Assembly (NCBI GenBank): GCA_046290225.1
Contig: JBKAGE010000071.1
Coordinates: 96,001-160,000, forward strand
Source: Bradymonadia bacterium
GTDB taxonomy: Bacteria; Myxococcota_A; Bradymonadia; UBA7976; UBA1532
DNA: 64,000 nt
Reading direction: 5' to 3'
The notes under the pieces are model-generated. The model was given only the letters and a program-made list of their open reading frames with translations. It searched no databases and was not told the DNA's origin. A program made the position numbers and the translations under genes. Shown here one piece after another: positions 29,870-40,251 of the stretch; positions within the stretch are counted from its first letter, which is position 1; each line of letters begins with the position of its first letter.

Positions 29870-32800
29870 CTAGAACTTACGACCTCGTCCGTGGGCTCGG
29901 GCCCGGTGGCGCGCCTTCAGCTCGGGCCGCAACAGCAGGCCACCGAGGCCCGCAGCGAGGGCTGCCCCGAGGAAGAAGCTGATGCCAGGGATGTACTCCG
30001 GCGCCGAGGTGGCGCCAAACCAGCCGAGATAGAGCGCGTCGATGCCGAAGGCGCTGAGGCCGCCGAGCCAGCCCCACCGGCGATCACCAAGCAGGCCGAC
30101 ACCGGCGACGAGGCCCAGAGCGCCCAGGGCGATCATGACATAGGCCCCGAGGCCAATGCCCAGGAGCAGCTGGCTGAGGCCGCCGATGCTGGCGACGCCG
30201 CCGATGACCCCTTGAATCGAAGGCGCCTTGGCCCGGTGGATCACCGTGGGCATGGGCACGTCATCGTAATCATCATCGACATCGCCACCGTTCATGCTGA
30301 AGTCGGGGAGATCGTCTATGGGCGCAGGGGTCGCCGCCACCGGGGCGGGTGTCGGGGTTGCCACTGGGGCAGCCTGAGGCCGTGGCGTCGCCTGGCTGAG
30401 CCGTCGGGCGCCTGGCGTGGACAGAGGGGTCCATTGAGCCCGCGGCTGAGGGGTGGCCACCACAGGGGCAGGTGTGGGCGCAGGGGTCGGAGCGGGCATC
30501 GCCGTGGGCACCGTATCAGGCCCGGTGACCAGGGGGGCAGGGGTGGGCGTGGGCTCGAGGTTCACCGACATCTGAGCGGCAACCTCTTCTGCCTGAGCGG
30601 CGGCTTGAGCGGCTTGCTCTGCGCGGGCCAGCTGCTCTGCTGCCTCTCGAGCTGCTGCCTCGGCGGCTTCACGGGCCTCGGTCGCACGTGCCTCCACAGC
30701 CTGAAGTACCCGAACGCGCTCTTCTTCCTCCTCGTGGGCCCGTGCTTCTGCTGCGGCCCGGGCCTCGGCCCAGTCATCTTCGGCGGGCTTCTCCGCAGGG
30801 GCTGCCTGGGACACTGGTTGGGGGACTGGCGCAGCTTGAGGTGCTGGCGCTGCCTGAGGTGCTGAGGGCTCTGGGGTAGAGGGGGTTTCTGTCTGGCCGA
30901 CATGAGGCGCAGGGGCATCCAAGCCCAGTGTCTCGTTGATCAAGTGGCGGTAGGTCTGGGCAAAAGTGGCCAGAAGCTCGCTCGCTTGTGGAGTGTCGGA
31001 GACTGCCTCGCCCTCGGTGAGCATCGACTCGTATTGAGCGTAGACCTCCATGGCCGAGAACATCTCGATGTGCCCGCGGATGTAGCGCAAGGCTGCCAGG
31101 GCGAAGTGCTCTTCGATCTCCGGGAGGATGTCGTCTTCCTGAAGCCGAATGCGGGCCCGATGGCACAAGGCTTCCATGGCCGGCACCGAGGCCTCCGCTC
31201 GGAGATGAGCCAGGGCGCTCAAACCGAAGACCACCTCGGTCACCGCCTGAGGAACGGACTCGAGCTGGTCGAGGCGGCCTTGCACATAGCTCACCGCGGC
31301 ATCCGAGAGCACCGGATCGCCCGCGAGGTGCTCCAGGGTGGCCAGCGTGGCGCCGGGATCTGGCTGCTCGGGCAGGCTCTGCAGCCATCGAGGGAAGTCA
31401 GCGCCCGGGTCGAGGCTCTGGGCAGTGGCTTCGCCGTCGACTGTGTGGGCTGCAACTGCTGCAACTTCGGCAGCCACCTGCTCTGCGGCGGGGATCTCTT
31501 CTGTTTGATCAGGTGGGGGCTGTTCGGCAGAGGGCTGCTCAGCCACGGGATCGCCTTGTACCACCACAGGGGCCGCAACGGGGATGACCGAAGGGGCTGC
31601 GTTTTCCTCTGTGCTCTCCTCCGGGCTCTCCGGGCTGGTGGGGATGGTGGCTGCCTGAGGCTTGGGCGCTGCCACTGTGGCGTGGGCTTCGGTGTCCGGT
31701 CCCGAGATGGGTGTGTCCTGAGCCGGAGGGGCTGGCAGAGGCGCTTCAGCCAGATCAGCCTGAGGCTGGGCTGCTTCCGGTTGAGCAGCCTCAGGTTGGG
31801 CGCGCTCCTCAGAAGCAGCGTCTGTCGCCGCGGGGGGCTCTTGCTCGCGTGGCACCGCGTTGTCGGCGTTGGGTGTTTCGACGCTGTCAGGTGTCGCCTC
31901 TGCACGAGGTGCATCAGCCTGAGCTTGTTGCTCGCTCATCGTGGAGTGGCCGGCGTCTCCACTGCCGAGGCTGTCGTTGCCCTGAGGATCCGTACGAGGC
32001 TCCACGGGGGCTGCCGCAGGGCTCTTGGTGGTGAGCATCTCCGTGTCCCGGGAGCGGGGGGACTTACGGGGCTGAACCGCAGGTGTCATGGGGGAGATGA
32101 GCGTGGTGCGGCGCCGTGACTTCTGGCCCTTCTTCGGGCTCTGTGCCGAGACGCCGAAGTCGGCCCCTTCACCCGTGCGGGCCTGAGCGACGCGGCTCAC
32201 TGCGGTGGCCCACGCGTAATTGCTCTGGGCTCGATCTGCGGTCTCTTTTTCGGGCAGGGCGTCGATCCGGGCCCCTTCACCGAGCATGTGCAAGCTCATC
32301 ACCGAGGCCCCCTCGGCGATGATGTGCAGATCGTGCAGTGACCGATCAGAGAGGTCGACGGCTCGGAGTACGCTGCGATCACCATCGTTGGTGCAGAACA
32401 GCAAGCGCCCTTCGTCGAGATCGAAGCACAGCCCCTTGTGACTCTGGCGGGTGTCGCTCTCAGTGAGGGCCAGCGATGCCCCCGTCTCAACGTCTGCAAG
32501 CCATAGACGGCCGTCGGCAGAGAACGCCAGGAGCTCACCTTCTGGGGCCACACAGAACGACTCGATGCGCAGATGAGGCTGGCTCAGCTCGCCGAAGGCC
32601 TCCCCGGCGAGATCCGTCCATCGCAAGCGCTGGCGCCCCTGGCCTGGGGGCTCGCTCACGAAGAAGACCCGCTGGAGCGCTTCGCAGTAGATCGGGGCGA
32701 TGTTCGGCGAGGCCTCGGCATCTTCGGTGATGGACCAGCTGCGCCGGGCGTGGATGCCACCGGTGAGGGGCTCGGCCCCCATCTCCGCGAGGGTCAGATC

Positions 32801-33319
32801 GAGGGCAGAGACCTCCCAGCCCCCCCGGGCTCGGGACTGCTGCAAGAAGATCACCTGCTGGCTGCCAGGCAGGAAAATGGGGTGGGCCATGCCCAGGCCC
32901 TTGGGGTTGCGGGTGCCGCCGATGGCCTCGTCGCGGATCGAGTTCCCCTTGAACTCGAGGCGGTAGGCGAAGACGTCGGGGTGGGGTGCGCCGTCATAGG
33001 CCCCGAGCAGGGTCATCTGATCACCGCTCTCGTTGAACTGAGCGCCCTCGAGGCGCCAGCGCGGATCGAGGGACTGACGCAGCCAGCCGATGCCGCCGCT
33101 CTCGAGGTTGAGCAGCCCGATGCGGGAGCGAAAGGCCCCCTTGAGGGCGTTGCGGGACACCGAGCGGATGGCCACGCGGGTGCCCTTGGGGTGAACCGTG
33201 GGGCTCAAGGGCACCGATTGCTCGGCGCTGTGGAGCACGCGGCGCTCCCCCGTCTCGAGGTGAATGGTCATCAGCCGTACGCTGTGGCCGGAGACGGTCT
33301 CGACGGTTGCCCAGCTCAA
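29870..33319 (-). CDS. Large protein: TolB-like beta-propeller, Pro/Ala/Glu-rich linker, helical domain, four C-terminal TM helices
   Basis: Propeller-like repeats (PTVHPKGTRVA, APEGELLAFSADG); low-complexity middle; hydrophobic C-terminus. Likely TTG start overlapping the NUDIX stop (ORF track start is 33382). Confidence 0.75.
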   Translation of the reverse strand: MSWATVETVSGHSVRLMTIHLETGERRVLHSAEQSVPLSPTVHPKGTRVAIRSVSRNALKGAFRSRIGLLNLESGGIGWLRQSLDPRWRLEGAQFNESGDQMTLLGAYDGAPHPDVFAYRLEFKGNSIRDEAIGGTRNPKGLGMAHPIFLPGSQQVIFLQQSRARGGWEVSALDLTLAEMGAEPLTGGIHARRSWSITEDAEASPNIAPIYCEALQRVFFVSEPPGQGRQRLRWTDLAGEAFGELSQPHLRIESFCVAPEGELLAFSADGRLWLADVETGASLALTESDTRQSHKGLCFDLDEGRLLFCTNDGDRSVLRAVDLSDRSLHDLHIIAEGASVMSLHMLGEGARIDALPEKETADRAQSNYAWATAVSRVAQARTGEGADFGVSAQSPKKGQKSRRRTTLISPMTPAVQPRKSPRSRDTEMLTTKSPAAAPVEPRTDPQGNDSLGSGDAGHSTMSEQQAQADAPRAEATPDSVETPNADNAVPREQEPPAATDAASEERAQPEAAQPEAAQPQADLAEAPLPAPPAQDTPISGPDTEAHATVAAPKPQAATIPTSPESPEESTEENAAPSVIPVAAPVVVQGDPVAEQPSAEQPPPDQTEEIPAAEQVAAEVAAVAAHTVDGEATAQSLDPGADFPRWLQSLPEQPDPGATLATLEHLAGDPVLSDAAVSYVQGRLDQLESVPQAVTEVVFGLSALAHLRAEASVPAMEALCHRARIRLQEDDILPEIEEHFALAALRYIRGHIEMFSAMEVYAQYESMLTEGEAVSDTPQASELLATFAQTYRHLINETLGLDAPAPHVGQTETPSTPEPSAPQAAPAPQAAPVPQPVSQAAPAEKPAEDDWAEARAAAEARAHEEEEERVRVLQAVEARATEAREAAEAAAREAAEQLARAEQAAQAAAQAEEVAAQMSVNLEPTPTPAPLVTGPDTVPTAMPAPTPAPTPAPVVATPQPRAQWTPLSTPGARRLSQATPRPQAAPVATPTPAPVAATPAPIDDLPDFSMNGGDVDDDYDDVPMPTVIHRAKAPSIQGVIGGVASIGGLSQLLLGIGLGAYVMIALGALGLVAGVGLLGDRRWGWLGGLSAFGIDALYLGWFGATSAPEYIPGISFFLGAALAAGLGGLLLRPELKARHRARAHGRGRKF

Positions 33320-34026
33320 AGGGTGCCTCCTGAGGGCTCGAAAGGGGGAGGGGTGAGCCCATAGCGGGCGATCAGACGCCACAGGGTGATCTCGGTCTTG
33401 GCGTCGGCGATGCGGCCGTCACCACAGGCGGCGATGGCCTCGCTCAGCGACCACCAGCGGCAGGCGCCCACCTCCTCGAAGGGCGAGCCGTCACCCACAG
33501 GCTCGGTGTACGGGGTGTCGTCGGTGATCTCCGCTTCGTAGAGGTGCAGCATCTCCGAGAGGATGCCGCCGCTGGGGTAGATCCCGGCGCCGAGAGGGCG
33601 CAGATCCTCTTCGGGGAGCTGGTAGCCCATCTCCTCGGTGAGCTCTCGGGCGGCGCAGCGGCGCATGCCCTCATGCCCCACCTCGTCGGCCTCTGGCACA
33701 CCGGCGGCGAGCTCCCAGAGGAGCGGGGTGAGGTGATGCGTATCGGGTGGCACCGGGGGTCCGATGCGGTGTCGCAGATCGACCCCTGGTCGGAGGCATT
33801 GTCTGAGCAGCACATCGACCGAGTCGCCTCGGCGGCGCCAGGGGAGGACTGCGGCGGCGTCGGTGCCTCTGCGCCAGGCAGACTCGGCGAGGAACTCTGG
33901 GGAGACCGTCCCGTCGTCGTAGTGGTTTCGCAGGGTGCGCAGGGCCACCTTCATCCAGGTGCCTTCGAGCCACTCCACACCGATCTCTTCCAATTGTTTC
34001 AGTCCCTTGGGCTGGCCTGAACTCAC
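33316..34026 (-). CDS. NUDIX hydrolase (ADP-ribose pyrophosphatase-like)
   Basis: ELAAGVPE...CAARELTEEMGY Nudix box; YPSGGILSE; IADAKT. Confidence 0.9.
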   Translation of the reverse strand: MSSGQPKGLKQLEEIGVEWLEGTWMKVALRTLRNHYDDGTVSPEFLAESAWRRGTDAAAVLPWRRRGDSVDVLLRQCLRPGVDLRHRIGPPVPPDTHHLTPLLWELAAGVPEADEVGHEGMRRCAARELTEEMGYQLPEEDLRPLGAGIYPSGGILSEMLHLYEAEITDDTPYTEPVGDGSPFEEVGACRWWSLSEAIAACGDGRIADAKTEITLWRLIARYGLTPPPFEPSGGTL

Positions 34027-34097
34027 CTCGAAGCACTCCTGAAAGATGGCCCTCTGTGGCCATCATGCCACAGGGGCTCCCTGCAGAAAGAGACTTC

Positions 34098-35876
34098 TCA
34101 GCACACGTCTTCACCGAGGCTGCTCTGGAGCACGTGCAGACGCTTTTCGAGGGCCGCCACCATCACCTCGTCGCCACCCGCAGCCACCGCCGCCGCGAGG
34201 GGGTCGATGGCCGAGGCCCCTGCGCCTTCGAGCAGGTTGAGGGCCACATGTTGCAGGGGCGGATGGTGCCGATGCAGCGTGGCGAGGCGCTCGAAGGCCT
34301 CCGGCCCGACAAAGGCCGCCCAGTATTGCAGCGCTGCAGCGATGAGCCCTCGACCAGACTGCGCCAGGGCATCGAGGAGGGCCTGCCGCATCTTGGGCCC
34401 GCCGAGGTAGAGGGTGGTGCACACTGCGAGGGCGTCTTCGGCCCCCTGACAGGCCTCGAGGGCGCGCATCAGCGAAGAGAAAGTCCCATCGAGATCGCCG
34501 CCTCTGAGCAGCGGAAGCAAACCCTCGAGGGGGCCATCTTTGAGGGCCCGGGCGAGGGCCGGGCCGCAGCTGTGAGCGCCGCAGCTCCAGATGAGCCAGA
34601 AGTCTGGGGTGGTCGATGCCCTCAGGGCCTCGACGACGGCCTGCGGAGGGACCTCGGCAGAGGTGAGCGAGAGCGCCGCGAGGGCCTGACTGCGATCAGG
34701 GCCCTTTCGAGCCATCAACAACAGCCTCTCCTGAGCCCGAGGATCTTCAGGGCCGCCCAGGGCCAGGGCCCAGATGGCGGTCTCCCGTTGCCCCACGTCA
34801 TCGGCGAGGGCCGCCAGAGCCCGCCCCACGACATCCTCGGTGTCGGGTGCCAGCAAAGGCCAGCGTGGATCCTCGACGAGGGCCCTCGGCGGGCTCTGGA
34901 TCCGAAGGCCGTGGGCCCAGGCGCCGAGCACGACACCATGGGCCACATCCGGATCATCGTCATCGAGGGCGCGCTGTCGTCGATCGGATGGTAGAGCCGT
35001 GGACAACACGGGGAGCAGCCGCGCAGCGGCGCGACGCACCTCGACCTCGGGATCGCTCAAGGCCGTGAACACCAGGCCGTCGAGGGCCAGATCTGGCCGA
35101 AGCGCTGCGAGGCGAAGGGCGCCCTGGCGCAACTCGGGACGATCTGCAACCGCCGCGGCGTGACATACAGGGGCTGTGATCAGCGGCGCCCAGCTCTGCA
35201 ACCAGCTCAACAACAGCATTGCGCCATGGGCATCTCCTGTCTCGAGCCAGCGGGTGAGGAGTCGGGGCAGCAAATCGGGGTAGTCCGCGGCCCACGCTGC
35301 GCACATCTCGAAGGCGCGATGGCGGTGTGCTGGGGGCACATTGAGCAGGGCCGAGAGGGCCAGCGCCTCTGGATCTGGTCGTTGGGGTGTTCGGAGACGC
35401 ATGCGCGTGGTGGTCCAGAGCAGCCGGGGATCAGTGCAGGCTTTCTCAAGGCACATCTGAGCGCCACGTGGCCCGAGGCGGTCGAGCAGCCTCAACAGAG
35501 CTGGCCCGGAGCGGGTGGTGGCTTTGCTGTGGACCAGGTGCTCGAAGAGCGGGCCGCTGGCTGCGAGGCCAAAGTCGGCGATGAGTCGCTCCAGCTGCCC
35601 CTGCACCTCGGGTGACAGGGTCGAGGAGCCTCTCAGATGGCCCAGCAGATGTTCGAGGAGCAAGGGCACGATGGCGGGGCCGAGGGCCAGCAGCTGTTTG
35701 AGCGCTTGAGCGTCTGCCTCGTCATCGCCTGTCAGGGTGCTGAGCAGCTGGGTGACGCGTTTGGGGATGCTCGGGGGGTGTTGCTCTTCGGGGGCCGGTG
35801 CTGGCGGCCGGACAAAGAAGATGAGCCCGAAGGCCACCGCCAGCAGGATCAAGAACCAGAAGGTGGTGGCATCCAC
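34098..35876 (-). CDS. Membrane-anchored HEAT-repeat protein
   Basis: N-terminal TM helix; ALSDPEVEVRRAAARLL and ALDDDDPDVAH HEAT/PBS-lyase-like repeats. Confidence 0.75.
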   Translation of the reverse strand: MDATTFWFLILLAVAFGLIFFVRPPAPAPEEQHPPSIPKRVTQLLSTLTGDDEADAQALKQLLALGPAIVPLLLEHLLGHLRGSSTLSPEVQGQLERLIADFGLAASGPLFEHLVHSKATTRSGPALLRLLDRLGPRGAQMCLEKACTDPRLLWTTTRMRLRTPQRPDPEALALSALLNVPPAHRHRAFEMCAAWAADYPDLLPRLLTRWLETGDAHGAMLLLSWLQSWAPLITAPVCHAAAVADRPELRQGALRLAALRPDLALDGLVFTALSDPEVEVRRAAARLLPVLSTALPSDRRQRALDDDDPDVAHGVVLGAWAHGLRIQSPPRALVEDPRWPLLAPDTEDVVGRALAALADDVGQRETAIWALALGGPEDPRAQERLLLMARKGPDRSQALAALSLTSAEVPPQAVVEALRASTTPDFWLIWSCGAHSCGPALARALKDGPLEGLLPLLRGGDLDGTFSSLMRALEACQGAEDALAVCTTLYLGGPKMRQALLDALAQSGRGLIAAALQYWAAFVGPEAFERLATLHRHHPPLQHVALNLLEGAGASAIDPLAAAVAAGGDEVMVAALEKRLHVLQSSLGEDVC

Positions 35877-35882
35877 CGTCGC

Positions 35883-37196
35883 TCAGCCTCCGGAGATGGC
35901 GCTCACCTCGTCACCGATCGTGCTGTCGCCCTCTTCTGTCCAGTTCAGGAGCACCGCAGGATCTTCGATGAGGCCAGCCAGACGATCGGCTGCCCCCACA
36001 GGATCGAGCTGGTGAATGCAGGTCACGCCGAACATGCGCACGATGGGGTTGGTGTGATCGAGCAGCGTCTCGAACATGGGCAGCAGCACGCCCTGGTCCA
36101 TGCCCTTCTTGCCCACCTTGACCTTGCAGAACTCGCTGATGCGCCACTTCACACGGCCCTTCTCCGAGTGCCAGGCGTCTGCCGCGGCGGGGAGGGCGTC
36201 CATCATGGGCTTCAGATGGGCTGCTGGATCCTTGGCCCAGAGCACGGACAGCGAGAGCCACCTCAGCTCGTTCAGGCTGGTGTGGTCCACGAGGGCGATG
36301 AAGGCGTGAAGCGCCTCGGTGGCGGCCTCGGCGTCGGCATTCTGGAGCAGCTTGAGACTGCGGACGAAGATCTCCTGACGGGCGTCCCAGTCGAGGTCGG
36401 GATCTCGGATGGCGTCGAGCATGAACCGCATCACCGTGGGGTTCCGGGTGGCGGTGAGGGCGTCGCGGACCTCAGGGCTCTGCAGCAGGGTCTTGTACCG
36501 GGGCTTCACCCAATCCAGGAGCGCTGCGGCGAGCTGGGCGCTCACGGCGTCGTCGCGCATCTGAAGCAGCAGATTGGACACACGGGCGCCGGCCTGAGGG
36601 CTCTCGCTCCCCTTGAGGGTCTCGAGGAGCATGGGCACCGTCTTCTCAGGGGCCTTGATGCTGCACGCCAGGATGATGTCGTCCACCTTGCCGGCGAGCT
36701 CGGGGATGTCGGCGGTGAGGCCGGTCATCGATGCCTTGAACAGCGCGTCGACGAGGGCGGCCTGCTCTTTCCCGTCTTTGATGTGCTCGAGCAGCAGGTA
36801 GCCCAGGTTCATGGCCTTGCCGCGATCACGCTGGGGCGTATCGCAGTCGTTGACCTTGCCGCCGTTCTGCGTGTCGACAGCTTCGAGGCTGACGAGGCAC
36901 TGGGCGACGAGATCGCCCATCTTGCTCACCAGGGTGTCCCGTGCTGGCGCAGGGGTGGCCTCGACGCTGGTCATGAGCTGATCGAGCTCACCCATGGACA
37001 TCAGGTGCTTCGCCGCACGTATGCGCAGGCCGATGGGGCGTTCGGCATCGGCGACGTATGCACCCAGGCGGGCTGCGCCGTTGTCGACCTGAGGCCACGT
37101 GTCGATGTCTTGTTTGTCGATCTCGCATCCGCTGAGGCCGCCGAGGGCGAGACACAGCAAGGACACACACAGAGAAGACCGCTTGAGCCAGGGCAC
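35883..37196 (-). CDS. Helical-repeat lipoprotein
   Basis: GTG start MPWLKRSSLCVSLLCLALGGLSGC (lipobox LSGC); HEAT-like LLDHTNPIVRMFG. Confidence 0.75.
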   Translation of the reverse strand: MPWLKRSSLCVSLLCLALGGLSGCEIDKQDIDTWPQVDNGAARLGAYVADAERPIGLRIRAAKHLMSMGELDQLMTSVEATPAPARDTLVSKMGDLVAQCLVSLEAVDTQNGGKVNDCDTPQRDRGKAMNLGYLLLEHIKDGKEQAALVDALFKASMTGLTADIPELAGKVDDIILACSIKAPEKTVPMLLETLKGSESPQAGARVSNLLLQMRDDAVSAQLAAALLDWVKPRYKTLLQSPEVRDALTATRNPTVMRFMLDAIRDPDLDWDARQEIFVRSLKLLQNADAEAATEALHAFIALVDHTSLNELRWLSLSVLWAKDPAAHLKPMMDALPAAADAWHSEKGRVKWRISEFCKVKVGKKGMDQGVLLPMFETLLDHTNPIVRMFGVTCIHQLDPVGAADRLAGLIEDPAVLLNWTEEGDSTIGDEVSAISGG

Positions 37197-37467
37197 GTCT
37201 ACGCCTTTCGAGGTCGCGATGGGTCCGAAGAGCCCCATGATGACCGGGGCTCCACTCTTGGACGGAACCACCCGATATACCTTACAGATTCAGGGCCTCA
37301 CGAGGCGCCGGTGGGACGCTAGCACCCTGTCGCGAAGAGCGTCAAGGTGTCGGGGGTTCCCCTCGATGAGGCGACAGGTTAACCTCACCTCCAAGGTGGC
37401 ACATGGCACTCACGCCGAAACGAACACCATGATGGCCACACACATCTCAGGAGACCGAAGCTCATCC

Positions 37468-38634
37468 ATGGGTTCGATGGCCGAGATCAGCGCGTTGGAA
37501 GGCAACCTCGAGGCCCTACGCCTCAAGTTCGAACGCTATTTCACGGGCTTGGAGCGCCGACCACCGCTTGAGGAGCGGGATCTCCTGATGGGGAAGATGC
37601 GGCGTCTCCAGGTGAATCAGAGCAATACCGCGATCCGGTTCCGCCACCAGAACCTCAAACAACGCACGATCACCCTGCAGACCTACTGGAATCGAGTGCT
37701 CAGGGAGATCGAAGACGGCCGGTATCACCGAGATAAATTTAAGGCAGATCTACGCGATCGGCGTCGCGGTCTGCTCACCGACAGCGTCGAGCTCGAAGAG
37801 CCACCCCTCGACGAGGCAGAGGACACCCTCGACGAGATCCACCCCGAGATCGCGAGAGCGCTCGCGGAAGACGACGGGCAAGCACACATCCCCGAACAGC
37901 GGGAGGCGCCTCAGCGGAAGAAGGCGGACACGAGAAGGCAAAAAGCCCTCGAGGAGACCCGGGCAACCGCCGAGGCATTCCTTGAGACGCTGTTGAGCAG
38001 CGGGCAATTGTCCGAGCAGTCCGCTGCCCCGAAGTCGACCTCGGCACCCAAGCCACCACCGGCCACACCACCCGCTTCGACGCCCCCAACATCGACAAGC
38101 CCAGAGCAGCCTGCGGCGGCAAAAGCTGGCCCCAAACCCACACTCAGCCTGCCAACGCTCAGCAGTGGGCTCGGTGGGGGGCTTGGTGGTGGACTGGGAT
38201 CAGGCAATGGTGGCACCGGCTCTCGACTGAAGTCGCTGTTGAGCAAGGCGCGCTCGAACAAGAACACCGAGTCGGAGTTGACTCAGCCCACAAACACAGC
38301 AGAGGCGAGTCCCAGAGCACACCGGACCACCCTCGAGTTGGAGCCTGGCAAGATTTCAAAGTCTCCTGAGTCGAGCACGCCGTCCAAGCCGGCGTTGCCG
38401 AGGCCTCCGCGCCTGCCGCGGCCTCCGCGGCCGACGCCTGCAGGGGGACAACGGGCCATCCGTGGCCGGTCCACCGTCGAACTGGCCCCTCCGAGCCGCT
38501 CTGGTGGCCTGCCCCGAACGACGACCACCGAGCTGGAGAGCCCTCAGCCCTCGAGTCCCGCCACCACCACGGCAGACGATCTGCCCAAGGTGGCCATGCG
38601 CGGGAAGGCGATCAGGAAGCAAGACGAAGAGTAG
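37468..38634 (+). CDS. MXAN_5187 C-terminal-domain-like protein with long Pro/Ser-rich tail
   Basis: LRLKFERYFTGLERRPP...IRFR...YWNRVLREIEDGRYHRD motif recognised from myxobacterial proteins; start uncertain. Confidence 0.75.
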   Translation: MGSMAEISALEGNLEALRLKFERYFTGLERRPPLEERDLLMGKMRRLQVNQSNTAIRFRHQNLKQRTITLQTYWNRVLREIEDGRYHRDKFKADLRDRRRGLLTDSVELEEPPLDEAEDTLDEIHPEIARALAEDDGQAHIPEQREAPQRKKADTRRQKALEETRATAEAFLETLLSSGQLSEQSAAPKSTSAPKPPPATPPASTPPTSTSPEQPAAAKAGPKPTLSLPTLSSGLGGGLGGGLGSGNGGTGSRLKSLLSKARSNKNTESELTQPTNTAEASPRAHRTTLELEPGKISKSPESSTPSKPALPRPPRLPRPPRPTPAGGQRAIRGRSTVELAPPSRSGGLPRTTTTELESPQPSSPATTTADDLPKVAMRGKAIRKQDEE

Positions 38635-38653
38635 GCCAGGTCCGGCCACAGTC

Positions 38654-40195
38654 TCAGCGGCTCTTCTGCCAGAAGCCCCACCACGGTGGCGTCAGCCCCG
38701 GTACCTTCTCGGTCTGCCAGGTGTAGCCCCGTTGCTTCCAGGCGCGCTTCTGCCCGGCGCCTTGCCCTGGAGGGCGCTTGGCGATGGTGGGGTGATAGAT
38801 CAGATAGTCCACCTGCTTCTCGAGAATGTAACTCAACGGCGCGCTCTTGGTGTGCCCCGGGCGTTTGCCCCGTGGCTCGACGTTGTGGGCGATCCACTCG
38901 TCGTTGAGGCCGAGCACGTCGAGGGTGTAGAGGCGAGAGTAGTAGGGGATGATGCCTGCAGCGGTGGTGGCGAGGCTGGCCTCTGGCGGCGCGATGGTGG
39001 CGAGGTGCTTGCCGATGGCGGTGCACTGTCCGGCGAACATGTTCAACCACCCGATGGAGTCCACCCCACCCTCACTGCCCACCTTCAAGGCGTTCTTGTC
39101 GGTGACCCCGACGCCGTAGAGCACCATGAGTGAGAGGGCACCGGCGCCGAGGCTCAGTCGTAGTCGGCTCACCCCCGAGGCGAGCAGGGCTTCAGTGCCT
39201 CCGCGGATCCCCTCGGCGGCCATCACCGCGAGCAAGGGCATCAAGGGTACGAAGAATCGGTGCAGGGCCATGAAGTCGCCGCCCACCCGCACGACGTGCA
39301 GGCCCACACCGAGGGTGTAGAGCCCACCGAGGGCCATGAGGGCCCGCTGCCCTGGGGGCGGCGCGAGCCGTTTGAAGGCCACGATTAAAGGCAGCAGCCA
39401 CAGGTGGTGGGTCTCCACCCAGGACCAGAAGTAGTTCCACCCTGGGCCCCAGAAGCCCGAGGCCCCGGTCTTGACGTAGTAGGTGTTGGGGAAGGGCCAG
39501 CCGTAATACACCCACCGCCACGCATAAAATGGCACGAAGACCAGGGCGAACCCGGCCCCCCACACCCAGTCGCCCACCGTGGGCATGAACCGGCCCCCAG
39601 ATCGTGCCTCACCGATGAGCATGCCGATGCGATGCAGCCCGGTGAGCCCGAAGAGCAGCATGCCTTCGGGGCGGGTCATGGCGCACAGCGCGAACCAGAT
39701 GCCGCTGGTGGATCGAGTGCGACCTTCGCGACGCTCGGTCAAGTATCCCGTCCAGCCCATGGTGGCGGTGAAGGTGAACAGCTGAGTCTCGAGCCCCCCC
39801 GTGGACCAGCACGCATAGGCTGGCGCCGCGGCGAGCAGGGCAGGGGCCACAGCATCCCAGAGGGTGAGCCCTTCGTTGCGCCTCGAGGTGAACCGGGCGA
39901 TCACCCACAGAGTGAGCACTGCCAGGACGACACCCAGCCCCTTGCTCCAAGGCACGGGATCGAGGCCCAGGGCCATGACCCCGGCCATCATCATGGTCCA
40001 CAGAAAGTTGGTATACCCCTCGACGCGCTCGCCGACGTTGAAGACCAACTCGCCATGACGCACGAGGTTGTCGGCGTACCTGAACGAGATGAAGGCGTCA
40101 TCATTGATGAAGTTGAACACCATCGCGTGGGCCACGAGGGCCCCGCTGACGAGGATCAACACTGCGAGGGGGGTGATGGAGCTGCGTGTGCGCAT
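38654..40195 (-). CDS. GT-C fold membrane glycosyltransferase (AftB/ArnT-like)
   Basis: DDAFISFRYADNL, GERVEGYTNFLW, GLETQLF, TRPEG, PNTYYVK; many TM helices. Confidence 0.85.
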   Translation of the reverse strand: MRTRSSITPLAVLILVSGALVAHAMVFNFINDDAFISFRYADNLVRHGELVFNVGERVEGYTNFLWTMMMAGVMALGLDPVPWSKGLGVVLAVLTLWVIARFTSRRNEGLTLWDAVAPALLAAAPAYACWSTGGLETQLFTFTATMGWTGYLTERREGRTRSTSGIWFALCAMTRPEGMLLFGLTGLHRIGMLIGEARSGGRFMPTVGDWVWGAGFALVFVPFYAWRWVYYGWPFPNTYYVKTGASGFWGPGWNYFWSWVETHHLWLLPLIVAFKRLAPPPGQRALMALGGLYTLGVGLHVVRVGGDFMALHRFFVPLMPLLAVMAAEGIRGGTEALLASGVSRLRLSLGAGALSLMVLYGVGVTDKNALKVGSEGGVDSIGWLNMFAGQCTAIGKHLATIAPPEASLATTAAGIIPYYSRLYTLDVLGLNDEWIAHNVEPRGKRPGHTKSAPLSYILEKQVDYLIYHPTIAKRPPGQGAGQKRAWKQRGYTWQTEKVPGLTPPWWGFWQKSR

Positions 40196-40251
40196 GGAGG
40201 GGCTTTACGGAGGGGGGAGGCTCAGGTCAAGCCCGTTGCGGCCTCGAGGCC

